Of a DNA stretch of 64,000 nucleotides, positions 18,262 through 32,667 are shown in pieces. Origin of the DNA: Gemmatimonadaceae bacterium (GTDB taxonomy: Bacteria; Gemmatimonadota; Gemmatimonadetes; Gemmatimonadales; Gemmatimonadaceae); assembly GCA_036508915.1 (NCBI GenBank), contig DATCGM010000044.1, positions 1,096 to 65,095 of the forward strand. The letters run 5' to 3'. Position numbers and translations under genes: made by a program. Every line of letters begins with the position of its first letter. Positions within the stretch are counted from its first letter, which is position 1. Below the pieces are notes generated by a model, which worked only from the letters and a program-made list of their open reading frames with translations, was not told where the DNA came from and ran no database searches.

Positions 18262-18828
18262 TCAGCGCGACGCCGTCGTGCTGGCCTTGCTGCCGAGCAG
18301 CTCGCGAATCAACGCGCGGTTCGCCTCGGAGCTCCAGTCCGCCGCGGCGAAGACGATTCTGCGAATCGTGCCCTCGCGGCCAATAATGAACGATTCGGGA
18401 TATCCTGTCACCTGATAGCGGCTCGCCGTCACCTTTTCGGGATCGTACAGAATCTCGAAGGTGAGTCCGAGCTCCTTCGCGAACGCACGGATGTTCACCT
18501 CCGTCCCCGGCTCATCGACGCTCAGCGCGACGATCTCGAGCCCCTGCGGCCCGAACTCGCGATACAGCTTCTCCATGCTCGGCATCTCTTCGCGACAGGG
18601 CCCGCACCAGGTGGCCCACACGTTGAGCAGGACGACTTTGTCCTTGTAGTCGGCGAGCGTCTTCACGCGCTTCGGGCCGACGATCGTCGCGCCCTCGATG
18701 GGCGGCGCCTTCATCCCGACCGCGACCGGAAAGAGCTCGTCGCCGAGAAAGTGCGTCGCCGCGGTAAGCGTCACGCCGAGCAGGAGCACGATGCCGAGCA
18801 CCACGGACCACTGCTGGCGCGCCGTCAT
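18262..18828 (-). CDS. TlpA/redoxin-family thiol:disulfide oxidoreductase
   Basis: TM anchor plus VVLLNVWATWCGPCREEMP (CxxC thioredoxin motif). Start set at MTARQQW. Confidence 0.85.
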   Translation of the reverse strand: MTARQQWSVVLGIVLLLGVTLTAATHFLGDELFPVAVGMKAPPIEGATIVGPKRVKTLADYKDKVVLLNVWATWCGPCREEMPSMEKLYREFGPQGLEIVALSVDEPGTEVNIRAFAKELGLTFEILYDPEKVTASRYQVTGYPESFIIGREGTIRRIVFAAADWSSEANRALIRELLGSKASTTASR

Positions 18829-18838
18829 CTGTTCGACC

Positions 18839-19510
18839 TCACGCCGTGTGCGCGCACTGCGCGCGAAGCACGCCGATCTCGGACGCCGGATCGGACGCGG
18901 CGAACACCGCATTGCCGGCGACGAACGCGTCCGCTCCCGCGCGCCAGCACTCGACGATCGTCTGGCGATTGATTCCACCGTCCACCTCCAACGCGGCAGC
19001 GCTGCCAGCGGCGTCGAGCATCCGGCGGGCTCGCGAGATGCGATCGACCGCCCGGCGAATGAACTGCTGCCCGCCAAAGCCCGGATTCACCGACATCACG
19101 AGCAGGAGATCCAGCTTGTCGAGCACGTCTTCCACCGCGTCGAGCGGCGTCGCGGGATTCAGCGCGACGCCTGCATTGCAACCGAGCTCGCGAATGCGCG
19201 CGAGCTGACGGTCGAGATGCGGTGCCGCTTCGGCGTGAATCGTCAGTCCGCTCGCGCCGGCCGCCGCGAACTCGTCGAAGTAACGCTCCGGCTCGACCAC
19301 CATCAGGTGCACGTCGAGCGGCAAGGTGGTGCACCTGCGCGCCGTCTCGATCACCTTGGCGCCGAACGAGAGATTCGGGACGAACCGGCCGTCCATCACG
19401 TCCACGTGAATCCAGTCGGCGCCGCCGGCCTCGAGCATCGCGATCTCGTCTCCGAGCTTCGCGAAATCCGCGCTGAGAATGGATGGCGCGATGCGAACGC
19501 CTCCGCTCAT
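18839..19510 (-). CDS. rpe: Ribulose-phosphate 3-epimerase
   Basis: IAPSILSADFAKLGDEI...DWIHVDVMDGRFVPNLSFG...MSVNPGFGGQ. ATGA overlap with the upstream PASTA gene. Confidence 0.95.
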   Translation of the reverse strand: MSGGVRIAPSILSADFAKLGDEIAMLEAGGADWIHVDVMDGRFVPNLSFGAKVIETARRCTTLPLDVHLMVVEPERYFDEFAAAGASGLTIHAEAAPHLDRQLARIRELGCNAGVALNPATPLDAVEDVLDKLDLLLVMSVNPGFGGQQFIRRAVDRISRARRMLDAAGSAAALEVDGGINRQTIVECWRAGADAFVAGNAVFAASDPASEIGVLRAQCAHTA

Positions 19511-20247
19511 GGCGTTGCTCCGCCGTCGCCGGCAACGCGAAGCTGCACCGAGCTGCCGGGAAGCAGCGTAGCGCTCGCGACCGGATTCTGACCGACCACG
19601 GTGCCGCGTACTCCTATTGCCATCGGATCCCACACGACCTTCACGTCGCGCACGCCGAGCTGCGCCAGCGTCTGGCGCGCCCCGTCCACGTCGCGCCCGA
19701 TGAAGGACGGCATCTGGATGGCCGCCGCACCGCCGCTCAGGACGAGCGAGACGGTACTCGGCACACTGATCTGCGCGCCAGCGGCAGGTCGCGTGGCGAT
19801 CACCGTTCCGCGTGGCGAACTGCTCGGAGATTCGGTCGCGTCGCCGACGTCGAAGCCCTCCTTCTCGAGCACCGCCTGCGCCTCGATCTTCGTCATGCCG
19901 GTTACCGTGGGTACCGCGACGATGCGCTGCCCGCCGCTCACCACGAGGGTGACGGGATTGCCGATCCCTTCGCGCGCGCCAGGCGGAGGCGACTGCTCGA
20001 GCACCGTCATCTTGGGCGCCGAGTTGTTGAAGCGCTGCTCACCCTGCTCGCCCGTGAACCCCGCCTGCGAAAGGCGCTGGATCGCTTCGTCGTACATAAG
20101 CCCCGTTACGTTCGGCACCTTCACGTCCTTCGGAATGACGCCGGAGGGAAAGACGACGAATGCGACGACGAGGTAGGCGAGCGCGAATCCCGCCGCGATG
20201 CTGACGAGATAGACGAGCGACGTGCGAACGTGTGCGCGCCACGTCAT
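19507..20247 (-). CDS. Stand-alone PASTA-domain protein (short cytoplasmic tail, one TM, three PASTA repeats, no kinase or PBP module)
   Basis: TM segment LVYLVSIAAGFALAYLVVAFVVF, then three repeats of about 65 aa (VPNVTGLMYDEAIQRL..., VPTVTGMTKIEAQAVL..., MPSFIGRDVDGARQTL...). Confidence 0.85.
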   Translation of the reverse strand: MTWRAHVRTSLVYLVSIAAGFALAYLVVAFVVFPSGVIPKDVKVPNVTGLMYDEAIQRLSQAGFTGEQGEQRFNNSAPKMTVLEQSPPPGAREGIGNPVTLVVSGGQRIVAVPTVTGMTKIEAQAVLEKEGFDVGDATESPSSSPRGTVIATRPAAGAQISVPSTVSLVLSGGAAAIQMPSFIGRDVDGARQTLAQLGVRDVKVVWDPMAIGVRGTVVGQNPVASATLLPGSSVQLRVAGDGGATP

Positions 20248-21581
20248 GCGGCCGCACCGAGACGAGGACGGCGAAAGCGGGCCGCGAACGCGCCGTCGGT
20301 CGCGTGATGCTGTGGAAGAACGCGAAGGAAGCCGTTATCCAACACCGTCGCCGGCACGACGCCGACCGGCGGCGGCTCGAGCGTCCAATCGGGATGCTCG
20401 GCGAGAAAGCGCTGCACCTGTTCGTCGTTCTCCTCGAGCTCGAGCGAGCAGGTGCTGAAGATGAGCAGGCCGCCGGGTCGCACCGCCGTCGCGGCGCCAC
20501 GCAGAATTGCACGCTGCATGGCCGGGAGCACCGCGAGATCGCTGGCCTTCAGCCGCCAGCGCGCATCGGGATGCCGGCGAAAGGTCCCCGTGCCCGTGCA
20601 GGGCACATCGACGAGCACGGCGTCCATGTCGCGCAGCGCCGGAGCGGTCGCGTCGGCGACGAATGGAATGATGTTCGGCGCGTCGAGGCGCGCAACGTTC
20701 TCGCGCACACGCTGCATGCGGCCGCGCGACAGGTCTCCGGCGAACACGGTCCCCGCGACGCGTGCGAGCTCCAGCGCCTTGCCGCCAGGTGCCGCGCACA
20801 GATCGGCCACCATGCTCCCCGACGCGACGCACGCGTACCGAGTGACGAGTGTGGACGCAGGATCCTGTAGGTGAAAGAGACCCTGCTTGAAGGCGCCGAG
20901 CTCCGTGAGCGATGTCACGCCACCGGCGAGCACGATGCTGTCGCTCACGAGCGGCGCATCCGACGTTTCGACGCCCGCGCTCTCGAGCATCGCTTCGAGC
21001 TGCTCGCGCACGACGTGATACGGGCGAGCGACGAGCGGTGCCTCGCCATTGTTCGCGGCAAGCAGTGCGCGCGTGTCGGCTTCGCCCCACCGGGCGAGCC
21101 AGCGGGCCACGATCCACCGCGGATGCGAGTACTCGAGCGCCAAAGCGTCCGTGAGGTCGGCTGGAACCGCGATGTCGAGCGAGTCGCGCTCCCGATCGAT
21201 GCGGCGCAGCACCGCGTTGGCGAGCTTGCTCGCGCCGATGCCATGGCGCCGCTTCACCAGCTCCACCGTCTGCGCGATCGCGGCGTACGCGGGAACGCTG
21301 CCCATCGCGAGCAGTTGATACGCGCCGACACGCAGCAGGTCTGCCACGTCGACGTCGAGTCGCGATGGTCCGCCACTGACGCGGCTGGCGAGAATCGCGT
21401 CGAGCCAACTCCGGCGTCGCAGCATCCCGTACACCAGCTCGCGCGTCCACCGGCGGTCGCGCGGCTCGAGCTGCGCGGTGCGGCGATCGAAGCTGCTGTC
21501 GAGCAGATCGCCGTCGCGCAGGTCCGCACAGATTTCAGCAGCCGCCGTGCGCGCCTCCGTGACGGCAGCGCGCGACGCCAT
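20244..21581 (-). CDS. rsmB: 16S rRNA (cytosine-C5)-methyltransferase RsmB/Sun
   Basis: NusB-like N-terminus plus a SAM methyltransferase core (VADLCAAPGGKALEL...VLVDVPCTGTGTFRRHPD...LIFSTCSL). Start set at MASRAAV. Confidence 0.9.
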   Translation of the reverse strand: MASRAAVTEARTAAAEICADLRDGDLLDSSFDRRTAQLEPRDRRWTRELVYGMLRRRSWLDAILASRVSGGPSRLDVDVADLLRVGAYQLLAMGSVPAYAAIAQTVELVKRRHGIGASKLANAVLRRIDRERDSLDIAVPADLTDALALEYSHPRWIVARWLARWGEADTRALLAANNGEAPLVARPYHVVREQLEAMLESAGVETSDAPLVSDSIVLAGGVTSLTELGAFKQGLFHLQDPASTLVTRYACVASGSMVADLCAAPGGKALELARVAGTVFAGDLSRGRMQRVRENVARLDAPNIIPFVADATAPALRDMDAVLVDVPCTGTGTFRRHPDARWRLKASDLAVLPAMQRAILRGAATAVRPGGLLIFSTCSLELEENDEQVQRFLAEHPDWTLEPPPVGVVPATVLDNGFLRVLPQHHATDGAFAARFRRPRLGAAA

Positions 21582-21790
21582 CGTGACCGGACGCCCCGTT
21601 CCAGGGCTGATCACCGATCGAGCGTTCCGGACGCGACAGCGCGCCGCTCCCCGTTCACCGTCAGCGCGAGGGCGCACGCCTCATTTATCACCTGCGTCGT
21701 CATATGCCAAAAGATAGTCGGTCGCTGTCTGTTCGGCATTCGGCGCGTCCCAGATTCCGCGGATCACCGCGACCCCGTCGGTCACGCCAC

Positions 21791-25474
<3,684 letters not shown>

Positions 25475-25493
25475 CGGACGAGGAAAGGGGCTC

Positions 25494-25530
25494 AAAAAGA
25501 AAAAGGTCCCAGGCGAGACCGCCCGAGACC
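25494..25530 (-). terminator. Intrinsic terminator-like hairpin downstream of fmt and upstream of the metY leader ORF
   Basis: On the minus strand, GGUCUCGGGCG-GUCU-CGCCUGGGACC (11-bp stem including G-U pairs, tetraloop) is followed by UUUUUCUUUUU. Confidence 0.7.
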
Positions 25531-25604
25531 TTCCGGAGCGGTTTAGCAGTTGTTGACGCGGATGCAATCGCCACAAATGGCCGCGGTGCCGAAGCACGAC
25601 CGGA

Positions 25605-25633
25605 TATTTAGGGGCGGTGCGCGAATCTGTCAA
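25605..25633 (-). promoter_or_regulatory. Near-consensus sigma-70-type promoter candidate
   Basis: On the minus strand, TTGACA (25633-25628), a 17-nt spacer, then TAAATA (25610-25605). It sits 45 nt downstream of the fmt stop. Confidence 0.4.
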
Positions 25634-25677
25634 GCATGCAATCTCGTGCACTCGACTCAACCCTGACCCATCTCTCC

Positions 25678-26631
25678 CTACGAGGCCTGCGCGCTCCCGG
25701 TGTCGAACCGGTCTCCGGCCGCGATGCCCCGGCCATGTGCCCACTCGACCGGCGTGAGACGTCGTTTGCCCGCCGGTTGCACCGCGAGAACACGCACCGC
25801 GCCCGACCCGCACGCGACGAGAAGCCCCGCACTATCGGTGGCCAGCACGGCGCCGGCGGCATGCGAGAGACCACGCGGTGCGATGCGCGCGCCGAACAAC
25901 TTGACCTCGGCGCCATTCACTCTCGACCAGGCGCCGGGCTTGGGATCGTACGCGCGAATGTGCCGGCTCACGTCGTACGCCGTGCCCGTCCAGTCTACCT
26001 CGGCCGATTCGCGCGTGAGTTTGCCGGCGTACGTGGCTCGGGTTTCGTCCTGCGGCTGCGGAGTAGCCGCGCCAAGCTCGATGAGTGCGAGCGCCTCGAT
26101 CAGCGCGTTGGCGCCGAGCTCGCTCAGTCGCAGCGAGAGCTCGAGCGACGTCTCGTCCTCGAGAATCGGAGTGCGCGCGGTGTGCAGGATCGGCCCGGCA
26201 TCGAGCGCCGGCACCATCTGCATGATCGTCACGCCCGTTTCAGTGAGTCCATCGCGGATGGCCGCTTGAATCGGTGCCGCGCCGCGCAGGGCGGGCAGCA
26301 GTGACGCGTGGATGTTCAGCGTGCCGAGTGGCGGCAGGTCGATCACGGCCTCCGGCAGAATGTGTCCGTACGCGACGACCACGCTCACGTCCGGAGCGAG
26401 CGCGGCGAGCGCCGCGAGGAACTCGTCGCCGCGCGGCTTGTCTGGCTGGAGGACCGGAATGCCCTCGGCGAGCGCCACCTGCTTCACCGGCGACGCCTGG
26501 AGCGTCGAGCGAGAACGGCCAACCGGTTTGTCCGGCTGCGTCACGACACCCACGACGTCGAAGCCCTCGCCGATGAGCGCGCGCAAGGGTGCGGTGGCGA
26601 ACTCGGGAGTGCCCCAGAACAGCACGCGCAC
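25678..26631 (-). CDS. fmt: Methionyl-tRNA formyltransferase
   Basis: (M)RVLFWGTPEFA...VVTQPDKPVGR...NIHASLLP, with a GTG start directly abutting the def stop. Confidence 0.95.
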   Translation of the reverse strand: MRVLFWGTPEFATAPLRALIGEGFDVVGVVTQPDKPVGRSRSTLQASPVKQVALAEGIPVLQPDKPRGDEFLAALAALAPDVSVVVAYGHILPEAVIDLPPLGTLNIHASLLPALRGAAPIQAAIRDGLTETGVTIMQMVPALDAGPILHTARTPILEDETSLELSLRLSELGANALIEALALIELGAATPQPQDETRATYAGKLTRESAEVDWTGTAYDVSRHIRAYDPKPGAWSRVNGAEVKLFGARIAPRGLSHAAGAVLATDSAGLLVACGSGAVRVLAVQPAGKRRLTPVEWAHGRGIAAGDRFDTGSAQAS

Positions 26632-27201
26632 CTAGAGCTCCTCCTCTGGATGCTCGTGCCCGCTCAACTCTTCCGATGTCTCGAGCGCGACGCGCCGGAT
26701 GTAACCCGGGTAGTCGTCCGAGTTGAGCTTCCACTTCGCCAGCGCAGCGGTGCGCTTGAGCACGCTGAGGTAATCGAGGAAGAGCTTTCCGTCGAGATGA
26801 TCGATCTCGTGCTGCAGGCAGCGCGCGAGAAGATCGGTCGCATTGCGCTCGAACTCCTTGCCATGCCGGTCGAGTGCGCGCACTGTCACGCTCTTCGGCC
26901 GTTCGACGTCGGCGTAGATGTCCGGGATGGAGAGACAACCCTCTTCGCCCTTCGCCTTTCCCGAGGACGACAGCACGACCTCGGGATTGATCAGCACAAG
27001 CGGCTCGTCGCCGAGGTCGACGACGGTGAGCCGCTCCGTGCGGCCGACCTGCGGCGCGGCGAGTCCGATGCCGCGCGCATGGTGCATCGTGTCGAACATG
27101 TCGTCGATCAGGCGCTGCAGCCGGTCCGTGATCGTCGTGACCGGCGTCGTCGCCTGCCGGAGGATCGGATCTCCGAGGACCCGAATGTCGAGAATGCTCA
27201 C
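26632..27201 (-). CDS. def: Peptide deformylase
   Basis: GIGLAAPQVG, EGCLSIP and HEIDHLDG motifs. Confidence 0.95.
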   Translation of the reverse strand: MSILDIRVLGDPILRQATTPVTTITDRLQRLIDDMFDTMHHARGIGLAAPQVGRTERLTVVDLGDEPLVLINPEVVLSSSGKAKGEEGCLSIPDIYADVERPKSVTVRALDRHGKEFERNATDLLARCLQHEIDHLDGKLFLDYLSVLKRTAALAKWKLNSDDYPGYIRRVALETSEELSGHEHPEEEL

Positions 27202-27210
27202 GGGCGCGGA

Positions 27211-28751
<1,541 letters not shown>

Positions 28752-28767
28752 TCAGCAGTCAACACGA

Positions 28768-29886
28768 TCAGATGATGGCCATCGCGTCGCCATAGGAGTA
28801 GAAGCGATACCCCTCGGCTATCGCCTCATGATACGCACGCATCGTGAGCTCGTAGCCGGCGAACGCCGCAACGAGCATGATCAGCGTGGAGCGTGGGAGA
28901 TGAAAGTTCGTGATGAGTGCGTCCACAGCGCGCGGACACTGTGGCGGACGGATGAAGATACGCGTCTCGCCGTCGCCGGGCGCGACACCGTCCTCCGTCA
29001 TCGCGCTCTCGAGCGTTCTCACCGTGGTCGTTCCCACTGCCCACACTCGGTGGCCGGCAGCGCGCGTCTCGCTCCACGCCCGCGCCGTTTCCACGGGAAG
29101 AGTGTAGCGCTCCTCGTGCATCACATGCGCCGCGGGGTCGTCGACTTCGACGGGTTTGAACGTCCCCGCACCCACGTGCAGCACGACCTCGCCACGCCGC
29201 ACGCCGCGCCGTTCGATCTCGCGCAGCAGTTCGGGAGTGAAATGCAGTCCTGCCGTAGGAGCCGCCACGGAGCCCGCCTCGCGCGCGTAGACCGTCTGAT
29301 ATCGGTCGACGTCAGCCGCGTCGTCGCCACGATCGATGTAGGGCGGTAGCGGAATGTGCCCGTGCGCTTCGATCGCCGCTTCGATGCCGGACTCAGCGCG
29401 GAGCTGCACGACGCGCGTGCGCCGCTTCGTGACGCTCACGATCTCGGCAGTGAATCCCGGCGCAATATCTACGACGCGACCCGGCTTGAGCTTCCCGCCG
29501 GGCGAGACCATGGCCTCGTACCGGCCGTCGCCGAGCGGCGAGAGAAGAAAGATCTCGGCGGGTGCACCGGAGCCGACGCGAGTACCGAGGAGACGGGCCT
29601 TCACGACCTTCGAGCGGTTGACGACGAGCAGGTCGCCAGGGGCGAGCAGGGCTGGAAGATCGGAGAAGCGGCGGTGGGAGATCGTCTGTTTGGCGCGATC
29701 GAGCACCATGAGCCGACTGGCGTCGCGTCGCGCAAGTGGAGATTGTGCGATGAGCCCGGACGGAAGGTTGAAGTCGTAGTCGGAGGTGGTGAGGCCGTTT
29801 GGCACACGCAACGAGATTCGAGACGAAGAGCGGAGGCTGTGGACAACGGCGTGGAACTGCGCCAGACGCTGCGAGCGATCAGCCAT
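28768..29886 (-). CDS. queA: S-adenosylmethionine:tRNA ribosyltransferase-isomerase
   Basis: TSDYDFNLPSGLIAQSPLARRDASRLMVL...GTTTVRTLES...FYSYGDAM. The start is uncertain: ATG at 29886, or a downstream GTG/TTG near 29810. Confidence 0.9.
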   Translation of the reverse strand: MADRSQRLAQFHAVVHSLRSSSRISLRVPNGLTTSDYDFNLPSGLIAQSPLARRDASRLMVLDRAKQTISHRRFSDLPALLAPGDLLVVNRSKVVKARLLGTRVGSGAPAEIFLLSPLGDGRYEAMVSPGGKLKPGRVVDIAPGFTAEIVSVTKRRTRVVQLRAESGIEAAIEAHGHIPLPPYIDRGDDAADVDRYQTVYAREAGSVAAPTAGLHFTPELLREIERRGVRRGEVVLHVGAGTFKPVEVDDPAAHVMHEERYTLPVETARAWSETRAAGHRVWAVGTTTVRTLESAMTEDGVAPGDGETRIFIRPPQCPRAVDALITNFHLPRSTLIMLVAAFAGYELTMRAYHEAIAEGYRFYSYGDAMAII

Positions 29887-30035
29887 CAGATTCCACGGCT
29901 GAGCCAACGGCCGCGAGCGCTCAGCTCGCTGACATGAGCCTTGACCATGGCGCGGCGATAGCGTGTTCGGCGACCATGCTCTGCTGGCCACAAACGGCAG
30001 ACAGCTCGCAGCGGTAGGCTCAGCAGTGAGGGATC

Positions 30036-31064
30036 TTAGAAAAGCACAACTTGATCGGATGCCCCAACGGGCGGAATGAACCCGAAGTGGCGGTACGCCA
30101 TCGCCGTCGCGACCCGCCCTCGCGGCGTGCGTTGCAGGAACCCCTGCTGCACGAGAAACGGCTCGTACACCTCCTCGAGCGTATTCGTGTCTTCTCCGAT
30201 CGCGGCCGAGATGGTGGATACTCCCACTGGCCCGCCATCGAACTTCTCGATGATCGTCTTGAGAATGCGGGAGTCCATGTCGTCGAGCCCGAATTGATCG
30301 ACGTCGAGCATCGCGAGCGCGGCGCGCGCGACGTCTTCGGTGATCACGCCATCGGCGCGCACCTGCGCGTAGTCGCGCACGCGGCGCAACAGCCGGTTCG
30401 CGACTCGCGGCGTGCCGCGCGAGCGCCGCGCAATCTCGCGCGCGCCCGCGAGCTCGATTTCCACCTTGAGCACTTCGCCGGTGCGTCGGACGATGAGCTC
30501 GAGATCCTCGGGGGAGTAGTAGTTGAGCCGCTGCTCGATTCCGAAACGCGCGCGCATCGGCGGCGTGAGCATGCCGAATCGCGTCGTCGCGCCGATCAGC
30601 GTGAAGCGCTCGATCGGCATGGTGATCGTCTGCGCCTTCGGCCCTTCACTCAGGCGGATGTCGATCTTGTAGTCCTCCATCGCGGGATAGAGGAACTCCT
30701 CGATCACCGGACGAAGCCGGTGAATCTCGTCGATGAACAGGATGTCGCCGGCGCGCAGGTTCGTGAGCGTCCCGACCAGATCGCCCGGCTTCTCCAGCGC
30801 CGGCCCCGACGTCGTGCGAATGTTCACGCGCAGTTCACGGGCGATGAGCTCGGCCAGCGTCGTCTTGCCGAGTCCGGGCGGACCGTAGAACACCGCGTGA
30901 TCGAGCGGCTCGCCGCGGGCAAGCGCCGCGTCGATAGCCAGTTGAAGGTTCGCCTTCACCTTGTGCTGTCCGATGAACTCCGCGAGCCGCTGCGGACGCA
31001 GCGATAGCTCCACGACTGATTCATCGGAGAGCACTTCCGGCGTAGTGATCTCGGCGCGGGACAT
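30036..31064 (-). CDS. ruvB: Holliday junction branch migration helicase RuvB
   Basis: [12 protein letters not shown]...[13 protein letters not shown]...LFIDEIHRL...[16 protein letters not shown]. Confidence 0.95.
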   Translation of the reverse strand: MSRAEITTPEVLSDESVVELSLRPQRLAEFIGQHKVKANLQLAIDAALARGEPLDHAVFYGPPGLGKTTLAELIARELRVNIRTTSGPALEKPGDLVGTLTNLRAGDILFIDEIHRLRPVIEEFLYPAMEDYKIDIRLSEGPKAQTITMPIERFTLIGATTRFGMLTPPMRARFGIEQRLNYYSPEDLELIVRRTGEVLKVEIELAGAREIARRSRGTPRVANRLLRRVRDYAQVRADGVITEDVARAALAMLDVDQFGLDDMDSRILKTIIEKFDGGPVGVSTISAAIGEDTNTLEEVYEPFLVQQGFLQRTPRGRVATAMAYRHFGFIPPVGASDQVVLF

Positions 31065-31069
31065 TGCCT

Positions 31070-31425
31070 TTACTCTACCTGCTCAACGGGAAAGAACCAA
31101 ACGACCGACCATCGCGAATATACACCGAAAAGACCCCGAGGCTGCCGCAATGTGCGATTCACGGACGCTACAGCGACAGGCGTCTGCGATCCGTCCGGAC
31201 CGTACCGATGCGTCGTGTCGTCCACCTCGGAGAGATAGAGCAGCACCAGATGCGGTCGCTCGCTCGCAGGCTTCCGTAACCAGGCAATCGCGCCGTTCAC
31301 CCGGCTCGCATTCGGTACCTTCGCGTGAAACGAGGGGATCAGCGCCGAAGCGCGAACCCCGCACGCCGCGACCTCCCCGAACGCCGCGGGATGAAAGCGG
31401 TCGATGTAATCGTGCCGAAACGCGT
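31070..31425 (-). pseudogene. Decayed remnant of an alkaline-phosphatase-superfamily nucleotide pyrophosphatase/phosphodiesterase (NPP/ENPP-like)
   Basis: An open frame with no plausible start reads AFRHDYIDRFHPAAFGEVAACGVRASALIPSFHAKVPNASRVNGAIAWLRKPASERPHLVLLYLSEVDDTTHRYGPDG. This matches the NPP blocks (DGFR-DY, P-FPS-TFPNH, LYxxEPDxxGHxxGP). About 100 aa are missing internally, the Thr nucleophile is lost, and there is no C-terminal half. Confidence 0.5.
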
Positions 31426-31439
31426 GCGCATGACGGCGC

Positions 31440-32597
31440 TCAGACGGATGCGCGCACGGTCGCGAGGCGATCCGCGGCGCGCTTCAGCGTCTCGTACTTC
31501 TTGCAGAAGGCGAAGCGCACGAGCGAACGGCCGAGCGCCTTGTCGGAGTAGAAGCTCGAGCCGGGCACGGTCGCCACGCCAATCTCCTCGATCATCCACT
31601 TCGCGAAGGTGACGTCGTCCATGTCGCTCAGCCCCGAGAAGTCCGCCAACACGTAGTACGCCCCTTCCGGCTGCGTGAAGGTGAAGCCCGCTTCGATCAG
31701 CGAATCGCAGAGCAGACTCCGGCGCGACCGATAGTCCAGCGCCATGTGGTTGTAGTAGTCCGCGTCGAAGTGCATGCCGACGGCGCCCGCCGCCTGCAGT
31801 GGCGCCGGCGCGCCCACGGTGAGGAAGTCGTGCACCTTTCGGATCGCCGCCGTCTGCGCCTCGGGCGCGACGGTGTATCCGAGCCGCCATCCGGTGCAGC
31901 TGAATGTCTTGGAAAGTCCAGAGATGGTGATCGTGCGCTCGCGCATCCCGGGCCAGGTGGCCATCACGTGATGCTCGCCGGCGTAGCGGATGTGCTCGTA
32001 GATCTCGTCAGTGATCACCCAGACGTCGTGCTTGATGCACAGCTCGGAGATCATCGTCATTTCGGCGCGGGTGAACACGCGGCCGGTGGGATTATGCGGC
32101 GTGTTGAGGATGATCGCCTTCGTCCGCTTGGTGAACGCCTTCGCGAGGCGGTCGGGGTCGAGGGTCCAGTGCGGCCGCTCGAGAGGGACGAAGGTCGGAA
32201 TCGCGCCGGCGAGCATCGCGTCGGGGCCGTAGTTCTCGTAGAAGGGCTCCAGCACGATCACCTCGTCCCCAGGATCGATCAGCGCGAGAAACACCGCGGC
32301 CATCGCCTCCGTCGCCCCGCAGGTGACCGTGACTTCACGGTCGTGGTCGACATCCATGCCGTACCATCGCCTGTACTTCTCGGCGATCGCGATGCGCAGC
32401 GCGGAGCTGCCCCACGTCACGGCGTACTGGTTGATGTTGCCGTGAATTGCCGCGCACGCCGCGTCCTTCATCGGCTCGGGCATCGGAAAATCGGGAAACC
32501 CCTGTGCGAGGTTGACGGCCTCGTGCTGGTTCGCGATGCGGGTCATCTCGCGGATGACCGATTCCGTGAATGTGCTGGTGCGGCGGGCAGCGAGCAT
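31440..32597 (-). CDS. Class I/II PLP-dependent aminotransferase (YbdL/KAT-like)
   Basis: NLAQGFPDF...NPHNPTGRVFT...ISGLSKTFSCTGWRLGY (PLP lysine context), 385 aa. Confidence 0.85.
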   Translation of the reverse strand: MLAARRTSTFTESVIREMTRIANQHEAVNLAQGFPDFPMPEPMKDAACAAIHGNINQYAVTWGSSALRIAIAEKYRRWYGMDVDHDREVTVTCGATEAMAAVFLALIDPGDEVIVLEPFYENYGPDAMLAGAIPTFVPLERPHWTLDPDRLAKAFTKRTKAIILNTPHNPTGRVFTRAEMTMISELCIKHDVWVITDEIYEHIRYAGEHHVMATWPGMRERTITISGLSKTFSCTGWRLGYTVAPEAQTAAIRKVHDFLTVGAPAPLQAAGAVGMHFDADYYNHMALDYRSRRSLLCDSLIEAGFTFTQPEGAYYVLADFSGLSDMDDVTFAKWMIEEIGVATVPGSSFYSDKALGRSLVRFAFCKKYETLKRAADRLATVRASV

Positions 32598-32667
32598 GGG
32601 TGATGTGATTGTTTGAGCGATGTGGATTCTCGCCCGTTGCGCGACGTACGGCTAGATGATCGCGATG

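Noticed and set aside
29887-30035. preQ1 riboswitch upstream of queA-tgt
   Set aside because: The minus-strand leader lacks the A-rich tail and the short conserved hairpin of preQ1-I/II. The sequence is GC-rich without the motif.
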